A stretch of DNA of 64,000 nt from Octopus sinensis (GCF_006345805.1 NC_043008.1:20894001-20958000); one strand, 5' to 3'. Shown: positions 38,945-51,964, numbered from the stretch's first letter. The notes: generated by a model from the sequence alone, not told the origin. Program-made: numbers and translations.

Positions 38945-39413
38945 GTATAAAAGATGGGCTACTGCAAATATTCTGCACAATACCACAGATTTGCTTGTCA
39001 GTTGTTTGACCTTAACCAGTTGAGCATGTCCCTTAGTGGCTGACGATATGTGCATCTCTGATCACGAGCAGAAGTAGTGGGGGAGCATCATAGCCATGTG
39101 TTGAGAGGAATTCTTTGGAGGTTAGATAATTTACCTCTGGAAACATGGGTGTTTTGCTTAACATCATTAAACAACCCTTATTCAGCGACCTTTTGAGTAG
39201 GATGGGTTACTCGACCTAAAGAAAATTCTAACTGGGTCCCACTAGCAAGGTCATGTGCTGTTTATCTTGATATGAGATCACCATGTCGCGCACATATGGT
39301 TGTGATGCATATGCCTAGTGTACCCTTATCAGAAGAGGAGTCATGATGTGTAAACTGGGCTTCGTATATTTTACCCCAGTGTCACTGTTATGGTATGCAC
39401 TGCTCTCTCACTC
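38372..39413 (+). mobile_element. Two tandem copies of non-coding repeat W (38372-38901 and the 5'-truncated 38943-39413), each ending in (AAT)n
   Basis: Roughly 90% similar over ~470 bp with identical 3' ends (ctgctctc..actc-aataat). Probably a LINE 3' UTR or non-autonomous derivative. Confidence 0.75.
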
Positions 39414-39813
39414 AATAATGATAATAATGATAATGATGATGATGATAATAATAATAATAATAATAATGATGATGATGATGATGATGATGGTTTTACACAT
39501 ACACAGAATATACGTTTTGTTGAAGAGAAGATATTATTATTCCTCAGTTCCTGACCTATACACACCGTATCTCCCCCGGAAGGATGAAAAATTAAATGGT
39601 CTCTATTTGTATTTGTTGTTAGAATTGAAAGAACATGATTAAATACCATAAAGGACCGGAACTGAATGCCGATTCCGCAATTATTGATGCCTGGGTTAGC
39701 GACAAATCTTCAACAATTATCACGATCATTTTCTTTATATCCAACATAAAGTTTTACTCTTATATATAATAATAATAATAAAAATGATGATAATGATGAT
39801 GATGATGATGATG

Positions 39814-39844
<31 letters not shown>

Positions 39845-39985
39845 TGATGATGATGATGATGATGATAATAATAATAATAATAATAATAGTAATAGTAATA
39901 ACAATAATAATAATAATAATAATAATAATAATTATAATAATAATAATAATAGTAAGAAGTAGAAGAAGAAGAAGAAGAAGAAGAA
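39414..39985. repeat. Compound (AAT)n/(GAT)n/(GAA)n tracts
   Basis: Read directly from the sequence. Confidence 0.9.
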
Positions 39986-40721
39986 TTTTCTTGCGACCAA
40001 TGTTATATAATTATGTTCCTGCATTATTTTAGATGGTTTCCGTTAGTTTTCTTCACTGTTATCACAAAGAGAAAACCAAAGATATCGTCAAAAAAATTTC
40101 ATTAAATACACAGAACTAAATCAATTTATCGTTTCGTTAGTATTACTTTGACACGTAATACGTTCGTGTTCTATCTGATTTATTGGCATTGATGTTATGC
40201 CTGCTTCTCTGTGATAGAAACAAATTGGAATCTTAGAAACTATGAGTACAGCTATTTATAGAAGCCATGGAAGTGAAGGCAATCTTTTGCACTTAACTTT
40301 TTCAATGGTTTGGTTATATTTAGCGAACAGAAGCACATCGATTGTCAAATTACTTTCTTCGTGGGGAAATAACGTTTGTAGCATGCAAATTTAGATTTTT
40401 TGGTGGTTCTCATTTATGATTTTCTGCTTCATAATTTTTCTATACATTGACATGTCATATTCCAGCTATCTACACATGGAGAAGAAAAAAATTATATATA
40501 CATATATAGATATATGTGTGTGTTTACACACATACACGCACAAACACACATACAGACATACACACACTGACACAGACGCACACACACACACACACACACA
40601 CGTAAAACTATCATTATTATAACTATCATTTTTATACTTTCTAAACTTCCCTTTCTTCGCTCTCCTGTGTGACTCTTCTGTCCGGCAGTCGCCATGATAG
40701 ATCGGTATCCACTACAGACAT

Positions 40722-40864
40722 TTTTTCTCTCCTTGATTCTTTCTGTGTTCCATTCTGTGGAAGAGCGTAGGCTCGAAACGTAAAAGACTTTTTCAATTCC
40801 CGAGCGTTTGTTTGTTTTCTAAAACCACATGTCTTCGACTTTTGTTTTTTAATGAATTCTCCCT
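40722..40864 (+). mobile_element. Repeat family D copy (hammerhead-like)
   Basis: CTGTGGA-A-GAGC-GTAG-GCTC-GAAA-CGT-A-AAAG at 40755-40786; ends gaattctccc-(TA)n. Confidence 0.7.
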
Positions 40865-40877
40865 ATATATATACATA

Positions 40878-40921
<44 letters not shown>

Positions 40922-40950
40922 CAAAATAAAAACATGATGCAAAGGATTTA

Positions 40951-41039
40951 GCGGTACATATGTTTCGGGCCTTTATTAGACGGTTTATAACAATGCATAA
41001 TTGATGTAAATATGTGTGTCTATAGCCTTCTTCAGCCGC
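40951..41039 (-). ncRNA. Minimal type-I hammerhead ribozyme candidate with extended stem II
   Basis: GCGG-CUGAAGA-A-GGCU...GGCC-C-GAAA-CAUAUG-UA-CCGC: perfect 4-bp stem I, intact core, ACAUAUGU palindromic stem III, GUA cleavage triplet. Confidence 0.65.
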
Positions 41040-41204
41040 GTACAATTACTACTCAAGGACATGTATAACAGTTTACCATTCAGCTGAAAGATCGTTTAAC
41101 ATTTCACTGAGTACATATTTGATTTTTACAACTTCGAATTTGATGTTGTTGGTCAACCGAATGTTTCTAATTCACTGCGATGTCACTATCAACTTTCTTC
41201 TCGT

Positions 41205-41323
41205 AAAAATGCGTGCGTGTGTGTGTGTGTGTGTGCGTGTGTGTGTGTGTGTCTGTGTCTGTGTGTGTGTGTGTTTGTGTGTGTGTGTCTGTGTCTGTGT
41301 CTGTGTGTGTGTGTGTCTGTGTC

Positions 41324-41354
<31 letters not shown>

Positions 41355-41600
41355 CTGTGTCTGTGTGTGTGTCTGTGTGTGTGTCTGTGTGTGTGTGTCT
41401 GTGTGTGTGTGTCTGTGTGTGTGTGTATGTGTTTGTGTGTGTGTCTGTGTCTGTGTCTGTCTGTGTCTGTGTGTTTGTGTGTGTGTGTCTGTGTGTGTGT
41501 GTCTGTGTGTGTGTCTGTGTGTGTGTGTCTGTGTGTGTGTGTCTTTGTGTGTGTATGTGTGTGTGTGTATGTGTGTGTGTGTGTGTGTGTCTGCGTTCGT
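41205..41600. repeat. (TG)n/(TGTC)n compound microsatellite
   Basis: Read directly from the sequence. Confidence 0.95.
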
Positions 41601-42109
41601 GTGTGAAAGCATGTTTTCAAAATGGTGGCTGTTCTGGTTCAGGTACTGCTGATAACGCGTACCAATGGAACCGCAAACGTGAAACAAAAACCGCTCAGTA
41701 TTAGTGCGCATTCTCGTTCAATAGCCGCCATTGGTTTTTCGACTTTTACCAGTTTTCTACCATGAACTTAATCTTTTAAATATTTCCACTAAAAGAGGAT
41801 AGTTGTGTGATTGGCGTGAGATGGGCTGAAAAGTTCATAGGCTGACTATGAATTAGTGATGCTAGAGCTGTGAAATCTAACCCTGGTTGAGTGCTGGGTT
41901 TGTCATTTTGAGCCAGAGACGAAGAGACAATCCATTCGGTGGAAACACCCCTTTCCACTTGCTCCAAGGTAGGCCAAGGTCATTTCAACTCCAGGGCAAT
42001 TTGATGGCCTCAATTTTGGGGTTGTAAAAGACATTGTGTTTATTTACTATCCTCAGAATTGCCACACCACCAACAGAAAATAATTAAAAATTCACATTTT
42101 TTATGCCAA

Positions 42110-42530
42110 CTTACTGAGGCAGTTACGGGAGGCTATTAAGACCAAAAGCCCAGGAAAACTGATGAAAGAGATCTTGTTTCATCTGGACAATGCTCCAAGA
42201 CACAAATCCTTGGTTTCAATGTGTGTTGTGCGTGATTGTGGCTTTCAACTGGTTGGTCACCCTCCTTTTTCTCCTGCTTTGTACTCACCTGACTATCATT
42301 TGTTCTCCAACATGAACAAAAGCACTTGGCTGGGATCCAGTATCGCAGTGACGATGACGTCATATCTGCTGCTGATGACGACTTTTGTGACCAACATGTT
42401 GAAAGCTTCTTCACCAATGGGGTCCAAAACCTACAACACTGATGGAAGAATTGTGCAGACCGTAAGGCAGGTTATGTTTTAAAAAATAAACCACATTTGA
42501 TCACAATTTATGAAAGTATCTTGATAAGCC
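42110..42530 (+). mobile_element. Mariner C-terminal fragment (a TIR-like end lies at ~41817-41850)
   Basis: ILFHLDNAPRHKS...DCGFQLVGHPPFSPALYSPDYHLFSNM. Confidence 0.8.
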
Positions 42531-43299
42531 AAACCAGGGACTCACTACCCGAGCCAGTATACATACAGACATACATACACACACACACTCACATACACAC
42601 ACACACATGAATAAATATGTGTGAGTATGTATGTATATGTGTATGCATATATGTGTATGCATATATGTGTATGTATGTATGCATTTATGCATGCATGCAT
42701 GTATGTACGTATATATGAATGCATGTATATATAGGCATGACATTGTTCAGTTTTATTTCAAGATTTCTTGCCAATAGAGAAAGAGCCGGTTTCTAACCTA
42801 CGTCCAAGGCACCTTCATTAGACTTTCAACATCAACAAGGTATTTTTGGCTGTATATTTTTGTATGTATGTATGTATGTATGTATATATGTGTGTATGTA
42901 TGCATGAGTCGACTGATGAGATCCAGAGATTCTTAGCATAGAAAACACTTATTAGCGCTCAAATGATTTGAACTTACACTCGGAAACCTTTACTAAGGAC
43001 CAAGTCCGTTGAGTAAAGAGTGGCTATAAGAGGAATCCGGGTGAGCAGATATAGAGATAATAGTACGAATAAACAACTTAAACTGTTTGAGTTAAATAAG
43101 CAAAATATATATTCATGTATAAATGCAAATAGAGAGAAAGTAAAGACTGAAGATTTTCAGACGATGAATTTTCAAGTATAAATATATTTATTTTTTCTGT
43201 TGATGTATAAATATCAATAAATTTATACTTTAAAATTTATTGTTTGAACATCTTAGTTTTTGCTTTCTGTCTATGTGTATATATGCACATATGTGTGTG

Positions 43300-43368
<69 letters not shown>

Positions 43369-43442
43369 GTATGTACGTATATCTTATATATCTTATATAT
43401 CTAACCGAAGCAGTTTTATTTGTTTATTTATATCGTTACCTC

Positions 43443-43474
<32 letters not shown>

Positions 43475-44809
43475 TGTATGTATGTATGTATGTTTGTATG
43501 TATGTATGCACAAAAATATAGTGACCTATGGTAGCTATGCATGACAGCAAGTGTAAGCGATGTTATGAATTTATTTTGTTTACTGCGATTATGACAGTAT
43601 ATATTTAGATGATAAATATGAACCAGAAGGAAGAGGGAAGAGGAAAAAGAGGAGGAGGAGTGTGCTTCTGTACTGTAGTGTTTCTATATACATAATTGTA
43701 TAATGTGTTACAATGCAGAAGCGTAAATAGTAGAGCATCGCCGAGAGAAAATATCTAGAGTTCATCTAATAAATTGATTTTGTTGAAAAGACACTTTCTA
43801 TGTTGATGTTTAGTACAAACTAAAGGAAGTCATCCAAAAAGAATGCTGCAGCCCAATTGACTAACTTTGGCGGTGATAAACTTGTATTATTTAATATTTT
43901 CTCTGTTGTATATAAAGTATTTTATATTGAAAATTGTTCAAGCTTGCAAAACGTGCCTGAATATCTGTTCAAAATATGTTTGAAAAATGCAATTTAGGGA
44001 ACAGTATCAATAAAAATCTGAAGAATATGAGTTTAAGTATTACAAGTTCTGGATTTGATAAATTTGTTACGTCATAACCTTTCATTCGTTTCTGAGAAAA
44101 AAAAATCAATCGAAAATCATGGTTCAAATTATAAAAGCTCTTAACAAATATTTTAGCGACTTGCTAGCACAAAATATTGAAGAGATAAAATGACAGTTAC
44201 AAATGTATTTTATATCTAACCTAGTGTAATGGCCATCATTGAGTTGCTACAGAGAACGATAGAAAGACTTTGTTCCGTGAGCAACAAGATATAAAGCATA
44301 AAAGATGATGAATGACGGAACCTATAAATAACGCTTGCTTTCTGAACAACAAAGCCAATTTTCATGGAAATGAGACATTATTGATTGATTCGACCCCAAG
44401 ACAAAATTAATTAAAAGAAAATCAATTCAGTATGAACTTTGAAGTGAGGAAATTATTGAAAGCTTTTCGTCGTCGTCTAAATGATACAGTAGCAAATTTG
44501 TAATGGCTCCCTCAATTCAGGTTAATGTTCTTTTAAACAAATTTACTATTTAAACCTTTCTTTCTTCAACAACAATATTAATCTCTCGCCAATGAACGAC
44601 GATTTTCTCAGCCGGTTTCATAGAAATACCAAATCTTTTTCAGCCGTTTTAGAAATTTGTCTTACTAGATAATGTTGTCAATTCTTGAAAGAAAAGGTGA
44701 TGCTCAGAGATCGAATGTCATTGATTATAAACCTATTCGATCAGAGTTGACCTGAAAATTAAGCAACCACATACACCAAAGTGTTGCTCTGTACAACGAA
44801 GGTATATCT

Positions 44810-45410
44810 TATTTCTTTATTGCCCACAAGGGGCTAAACATAGAGGGGACAAACAAGGACAGACAAAAGATTAAGTCGATTACATCGACCGCAGTGCGTA
44901 ACTGGGCGTTAATTTATCGACCCCGGAAGGATGAAAGGCAAAGTCGACCTCGGCGGAATTTGAAATCAGAACGTAGCGGCAGACGAAATACCTTCTTTTT
45001 TTTTTACTACCCACAAGGGGCTAAACACAGAGAGGACAAGCAAGGACAGACAAACGAATTAAGTCGATTACATCGACCCCAGTACGTAACTGGTACTTAT
45101 TTAATCGACCCCGAAAGGATTAAAGGCAAAGTCGACTTCGGCGGAATTTGAACTCAGAACGTAGCGGCAGACGAAATACCTATTTCTTTACTGACCACAA
45201 GGGGCTAAATACAGAGAGGAGAAACAAGGACAGACACACGGATTAAGTCGATTACATCGACCCCAATGCGTAACTGGTCCTTAATTTATCGACCCCGAAA
45301 GGATGAAAGGCAAAGTCGACCTCGGTGGAATTTGAAATCAGAACGTAACGGCAGACGAAATACCGCTATGCATTTCGCCCGGTGTGCTAACGTTTCTGCC
45401 AGCACGCCGC
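44810..45410 (-). mobile_element. SINE family B trimer with a single TSD pair
   Basis: 16-bp TSD CAACGAAGGT(A/G)TATCT at 44794-44809 and 45411-45426 flanks three head-to-tail units. Confidence 0.9.
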
Positions 45411-46204
45411 CAACGAAGGTGTATCTGCAGCATCGATCAAGTTAAAAGAATTAAATTTTCCTCAGATGATACCTTATCGTCTTAAAACAGGAAGGATAAT
45501 AGAGGAATACATACACTGTGTTTGAAGTCAAAACAAATTGGCCACAACAAGATTCGATGACGGATCAGTTCGATCGTAGATCATCTGGTGTTGAAAGGTA
45601 TCAATATATTTTTTTAAATGTAAATAATCGAAATACACGTATACACACATTTATGTGCGAGTGTACGTTGTGTGTATGTGTATGGACAGTATCACTTATA
45701 TAACAATGATGATTTGTGAAATTTGATCGTATGAGATTAACCAAGCAATTAATGGATAACATTAAGCATCTGTACAAGTGCTGTTTATACAGCATAAATT
45801 AATTAATAAAGCAAGCCATACAGTACGTAATTGTACGAATCAATTAATTTCTTTCGCTTTCCATCATAAATCTACTACGTTTTGTAAATGTAGGTCAGCT
45901 TATCCTCGGTTAACACTAAACATTCGAGGCACGCGCTCAAGAACCCATGTATATTTATATTATTCCTTTCTTACCCTATTCCTTTGGAACTTTATGCACA
46001 CCAAGTATTTAAAAGCAATTTTAAAATATTTAGAATGCTGTCATAAAACAGGCATTTCTGTCCATTTCTTCTTTCAATTACCCTCCCTTTTTAGGCAGTC
46101 GCTCAATTCTGCCCCTAGACATTCTTTTATTCTTTATTTATAACAAATACCTCCACATTTTTAGAGTAGACAGTCAGTCATTTCAATTAGCAAAATATTT
46201 CCTA

Positions 46205-46390
46205 CATTCTAAATTTAAGAGATGAGGAATTATGTACATCATTTACATCGTTTACATTTGACGGATATTTGTCCTCATCTTGTTTTGTTGTTAACACGTT
46301 TCGGCTTATATATCCTCCAGCCTTCATCAGGTGTCTTGGGGAAATTTCGAACCTGGGTTCTCATTTCTAAGGTATTTTTCGATGTTGTGG

Positions 46391-46435
<45 letters not shown>

Positions 46436-46580
46436 TCACTGCCTGGAATCGAACTCGGAATCTTGGGGTTAGTAGCCCGCGCTCTTAACCACAACGCCAA
46501 CGGGCATATGGCGTAGTAGTTAAGAGCACGGGCTACTAACCCCAAGATTCTGAGTTCGATTCCAGCCAGTGACCTAAATA
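46205..46580 (-). mobile_element. Composite element E: head-to-head tRNA-like palindrome, (AAT)n spacer, hammerhead-like tail
   Basis: 72-bp inverted arms 46428-46499 and 46509-46580, each with A and B boxes. CUGAUGA at 46324-46330 and GAAA at 46299-46302 on the minus strand. Confidence 0.75.
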
Positions 46581-46908
46581 ATAATAATACCAGATATACC
46601 TGAATAATGCCAGATATACCTGAATAATAATAATAATAATAATATTAATACCAGATACCAAATTATCTATATGTTTATGTATGTTTGGTTTCATTCTTTG
46701 TACTCTTAGAAAATCTTTACTCCTGTACATACATGATTTATGTTGATGTATATAAATATATATGGTTCAATTACACTGATTGAATATCTTCATTTATGCA
46801 TTTGAGAATTTGTTTGACTGCCTAGGATTTGCGTTTCCAATTCCCTCTACTTGGTATTTCTACAAGCGCTCCGTAAATAGCCCATACTTTCTATAGCATA
46901 CTTAATAT

Positions 46909-46953
<45 letters not shown>

Positions 46954-46974
46954 AGAGAGAGAGAGGGGGAGAGA

Positions 46975-47112
46975 GAATTCACGAAAAAAACAAAAGACGA
47001 ACACAGGTGGTGTAGAAAACAAACAGATGTATTAGTATAACGCTCGCGAATTGAAAAAGTCGTTAACGTTTCAAGCCTACGTTTTTCCAAAGAAAGCAAC
47101 AAGGAGAGAAAA
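46975..47112 (-). mobile_element. Repeat family D copy, degenerate
   Basis: Reverse complement cttt-ctttgga-a-aaac-gtag-gctt-gaaa-cgt-t; ends at the (GA)n/(TA)n tract. Confidence 0.65.
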
Positions 47113-47170
47113 ATGTGTGTAGTTGCTACCGATCAATCACGGCGAATATATATATATAAGTATGTATGTA

Positions 47171-47441
47171 CGAGGTGCTTTCGAAAACTATCCGTCTTTA
47201 TTTTTTCCTCGCCAACACAAATGGTATGTGGTCAAAATCCTTTGGTTGGGAAGTGGTATCACTCTTTTTGCGCATGCTTGAAAATTTTCGCGCCGATAGG
47301 TCACGTCCGTTTCCAGACGCATAGAGTATATAGTGGTACACCTAGGGTACAGACGTGTAGTACGCACACGTTGAAAATTTGTTTTCATGCAAGGTGACCG
47401 AAAATGTCGAAGAGAAGTATTGCATCACGTTTTGCCAAAAG
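47171..47441 (+). mobile_element. Mariner 5' end fragment
   Basis: TA-CGAGGTGCTTTCGAAAA TIR-like start; transposase start TENVEEKYCITFCQK. Confidence 0.65.
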
Positions 47442-47442
47442 T

Positions 47443-47509
47443 CTAAGAACTGAACCCGCGATCTAGCGATCGTGAGCGTAACACCCGAACCGCTAGGCCA
47501 TGCACCCTT
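47443..47509 (-). mobile_element. tRNA-like SINE head fragment
   Basis: gggtgcatggcctagcggtt...cgcgggttcagttc (A and B boxes). Confidence 0.55.
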
Positions 47510-47647
47510 ACATGTATATACATGTCGTGAGAATGAGAGACAAGGAGATTCATTAAAAACAACACAAAAATGTTCGAATAAAATGTTCCATTCTGATTGG
47601 ACAGTATAGAGAAACTACCACATACTTGTACATTGGAAGACGCGAGC

Positions 47648-48417
47648 AAAAGAAATAATATTCTTAAGATTATAAACATGGAAAATTACAGTACAAGTAA
47701 TTACACTTGAAAAAGTTTAGGATACCTTATTACACCTGGTAAAGTACAAAACAAGAATTTTTTGTTACTTAAATTATTACAGCTAAGGATAAGATTTCAA
47801 TATTTAGACTTTTATTAAAACTAAAAATTTTATTACAAATTACTACTTCTATTTGTTATTACTTGTTACTTCTATTAAAAATAAAAATAACTCAATCAAA
47901 ATATTTTTTGCACTTTAAAAAATTCATTTTTTTAAGTAATAATTAATAATTAGAAATTTTGGAAATAGGTTATAAAAATAATAGTAGTACATAATTAGTA
48001 CAATAAATAGAATAAAAGAAAAATTAGTTATATATTACAGTAAAATCTACTTACAACAACAAATTCACAGTAAAATTTGCTTGAGTTATTACCTAAGTTA
48101 TTGCCAAGTCTTCATATTTTTAGTCTCGACCTAATGCCTATATTTTATATAATGAATTTGCCTACCATATATACTATTCTGCTTTGCATAGAACTTTAGC
48201 TATACTGGTATAAAATGATGGTACCTTTTAAAATTATAATGTTAATTTATAAATTAAAATCAATTTTTAATAATCAAATTTTATCCTTAGCTGCAATATT
48301 TCAAGTAAAAAAAATTATTCTGTATTTACCAGATGTAATAAGGTGTCCTGCACTTTTCCAAGGGTAATAGCTTGTCCTGTAGTTTTCCAGGTTTATAATA
48401 AGAATATTATTTCTCTT
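47648..48417. mobile_element. Old AT-rich MITE-like element with ~140-bp degenerate inverted ends
   Basis: 47648-47796 aligns by eye to the reverse complement of 48277-48417 (roughly 75-80%). Confidence 0.55.
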
Positions 48418-49287
48418 ACTGGCTTTTTTCCATGTAATCCATGTTTTTTCCCAAGCTATGCTATTATGCTAATTAATAATGTGTGAAACGTGTCAATTAG
48501 CGGTGTCATTGATAATGTTTTCCTTACTTCAATAATGCCGGTGACATTTATTAAAAGTCTCCTTACAGAACAATATTCATAAAAAAAGTTTAGAACTATA
48601 TTATCACCCTTAAATTTGAGAAACAAACACCCATACCTTTTTTTTTCTTTAAAACTTCATTGCATGAGATTGATATCATGAAATTCCTCGAATTGAGCTC
48701 TGTTACTGAAGCTTAATTAAAATATAGTTTTTGAAAATTAAAAGAAATTAATTATATTTAAATGCAATTTTTAGTCTTATATTTTTTCATGATATTTTAC
48801 CTCACAACTTTTTTAATACAATTTTTTGTTGCATGGGAATAAAACTACGAAACTCTTCATGCTTTGTTCTATCATTGAAGCTAAGATAAATATATTTTGC
48901 TTTTACAATGAAAATGTTATTTACATATAAATTTGATTAGTGGCGTTACTTACTTTCCTATAACGTTGCTACAAATGTTGATATAAACATTTATCTACTG
49001 GACCAAATCTCAATTTCTTATGCAAAAATGTATCTAGGGACCTAGGACGAGTCCTCTTCAAAACTATTAACAGTTTTCAATTTCGTTAAGAACTGAATAA
49101 GCAAAAAGCTCTGAAAACTGCTGCGTATGAATAAATTGTGACTTTAAGAATATTATTCAACTACTACTGTAGTTAAATGATTTTGAGTGTGAACCTTGAG
49201 GTGTATAATGCACTTTTGTATAAAAAATATTAGAAAATGTTTCTCTAGCTGATGAAAGAATATCTGTATTTTGAAATGTGATAAATA

Positions 49288-49322
<35 letters not shown>

Positions 49323-50789
49323 ATAATTCTGTAAAAATATATTCCCATAATCCATAATATAATTTTATTAATTTATCTCTGTTTTTCATATATTAGATTT
49401 GTATTTTTGTAAATATACATACATATTTATATGTATGTATGTATCTAACATTATATTATATTATGTGAAGATAGATATATGTATATATATGCATATATAT
49501 ATTACACATATACATATATGTAATATATAGACATAGATATAACAAACTGTATGTGTGTATATATATATATATATATATGATATACATACATATATATAAT
49601 ACATATATACATATATGTAAATATATATTATAAACGTACATATACACATATATGTGAGTGTGTATAATATATATTATATATATATATATAAATACATATA
49701 TATGTATATATATAAATACATACATATATATACGTTGGCAGACATGTATGATGAATACATGCACGTATATGTATGTATGTATGTATGTTTTCTTTGAAAT
49801 GCATTTAGATTCTTCATAAAGTTCAAAACGCTTACGTAGAGAAATCTTTTTGATTTAAGATGCCTCTCGGGTTTCAAAAATATATGGTTGATCAACAGTA
49901 TGCATAAATATAGGTGTTTGAAGTTGCACTTACGTTCTGTGTGAACCTGTTGCTTTGATACCTAGGTCTGTGTATATGTGTATACGTTTGTGTGTGTGTG
50001 TGTGTGTTTGTATGCATCATGCTTCTTATATGTTTTATTGGTGCACACAACCAAATGTCTGTATGTATTCATTTAGCGAGGCTAAGGTGGCAAATTTTTG
50101 GCATATCTTACAAATATTTTAGCGTACTGTAAATAAATCGGACATGAAGGATACACGTCAGTGTCTTTTTCACTCCTCTAGTATTTGTAGTTTTTTAATA
50201 TTTTTTCTTTTAACAAATCCATGATTACATGGCCTAATAAACCAATGATGATTGATATAAAAGAACATTTGCAGCCAGAGTACAGAGTGCAGAGGGAGAG
50301 GGAAAAGAAGTAAAAGGAAGGGAGGAAGAAAGGAAGGGAGGTAAACCACTATGTAATTTCCTAGCCAATGATGATGCATCTATGGATTCACCTGACCTAC
50401 ATATAATAGCAACTATATTTTCTTCAATTACACCCTACTACCACCAAATTATAAAGGGTGAATTTGTATAATGCAGTCATCATTCTGATATATAATACAA
50501 GTCTTATATATGATAAACAAAGATAGATTTATAAAATTATACTATAAATTATAGGAATATATTTTTTGCAGAATTATGTGTTTTTAGATTTATGTAGACA
50601 AACACGTTGGTTAGCATTATCAAATTTAACAGAGAACTGAAATACAAACCAAAAATACTCTATAATTATTTTTATTGTCGTGTTTATAGAAACTTTATGA
50701 TAAACACACTTTTAGAGTAAAACAATGTAGACATATGCATAGTATTCCTATTGTGATTTCACTCCCTGAGCACGTACATAAAAATTTAA

Positions 50790-51800
50790 GCAGTTTTATG
50801 GAGAATTTATTAAAATTTTGCTACAGTATTTTTCGGGCAGAACAACTTGACTTCAGCAGTCCACACAGACGCCTTTCTTTTCGATCACTTGCCCTATTCG
50901 TTCGTTGTACCGGACAAACATTTCACTATAACATCTTTTTGGCTCCTAAAATCCGTTTCCATAATTCTGCTTCATTTGTTACTTCTGGTCCGTCATACAT
51001 GAGCTGTGCCAACATTTGCCATATAAGTCTAGACTTCTCACGGTCATTCCAGTAAACTTATTTCCATGTCTCGCATCTATTCCTTGACTGTTTTTAATAC
51101 GTGACTGTTGAAAAATAAAATTGTCTCCCATTTCTTCTCTAATGCGGAACAAGGCTCCCGTTTGCAACAGCTGGATCTAACCCATGCTATTCTTCCTTCC
51201 TTTAAGCCAATCTAAGCAAAAAATTTCCACTTGGAAAGACTATGTTCCATATCATTGCTACCCATCTGCCTCTTGTTCAGTATTCCTAGTTCATGTTTCC
51301 TGGACCAAGAACACCAGTCCATCGAATCTAAATTGCTTCTTCTCGGTAAAAATTACTTTCGTAAAACCAACACAAATAGCTGACCATAATTTTGCGCAGT
51401 CTAACTTTGCCTTCGTATGTTTTAAGTTCAAATGAATTTTCCTCTAAGCCTTTCCGTACTTTCCATTTCGATGTTACTTACTCAGAAAGAATTGGCATCA
51501 TTTATAACGACATCATTGCATTTATTATAGTATTGATATTGGTATCAGTTTAGTGGTCTATGTAATTTTCCAAATTCTACAGCATTCCGATCTTTACAAA
51601 TGAATTTGCCATTATGTCGAACTAGAATTCTTTTCAATATTCTTAAACCACTTAATAGGATACAACTGAATTCCCATTATGCTAGGTTTATTGTGCGTGT
51701 CATTTTTGCGTTTACAAAATCTAAAATGTGTTTGCTAACTCTTCTATTTCACATTCTTTTGTCTGGTGGACGACTCAACACAGTAAATTGCTTGTAAAGT
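50790..51800 (-). mobile_element. Decayed Tc1/Tc3-like (DD34E) transposase
   Basis: Broken frames KVIFTEKKQFRFDG...KGRKNS...EEMGDNFIFQQ...WQMLAQLMYDGPEVTNEAELWKRI. Confidence 0.6.
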
Positions 51801-51964
51801 TGTCATTTTCTTGTCTTAATGATATTTCTGCTTATGTTCAGTTGTTCTACTTTAAATTCTATATTTTGAAGTATTGCTAGGGCGTTGTATGCACTATCGT
51901 GGATTGTAATCTATATATCTGAGCTTCTTTACTTCTGTATTTCGTTATATAATTTAACTGTAAG

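Noticed and set aside
45466-45597. 132-nt AG..GT exon candidate
   Set aside because: All three frames contain stops, and the 5' part resembles a repeat tail.
46502-46574. Possible tRNA-Ser gene
   Set aside because: A and B boxes are present but there is no proper acceptor stem, and it is duplicated as an inverted pair next to (AAT)n. It is a SINE-type head.
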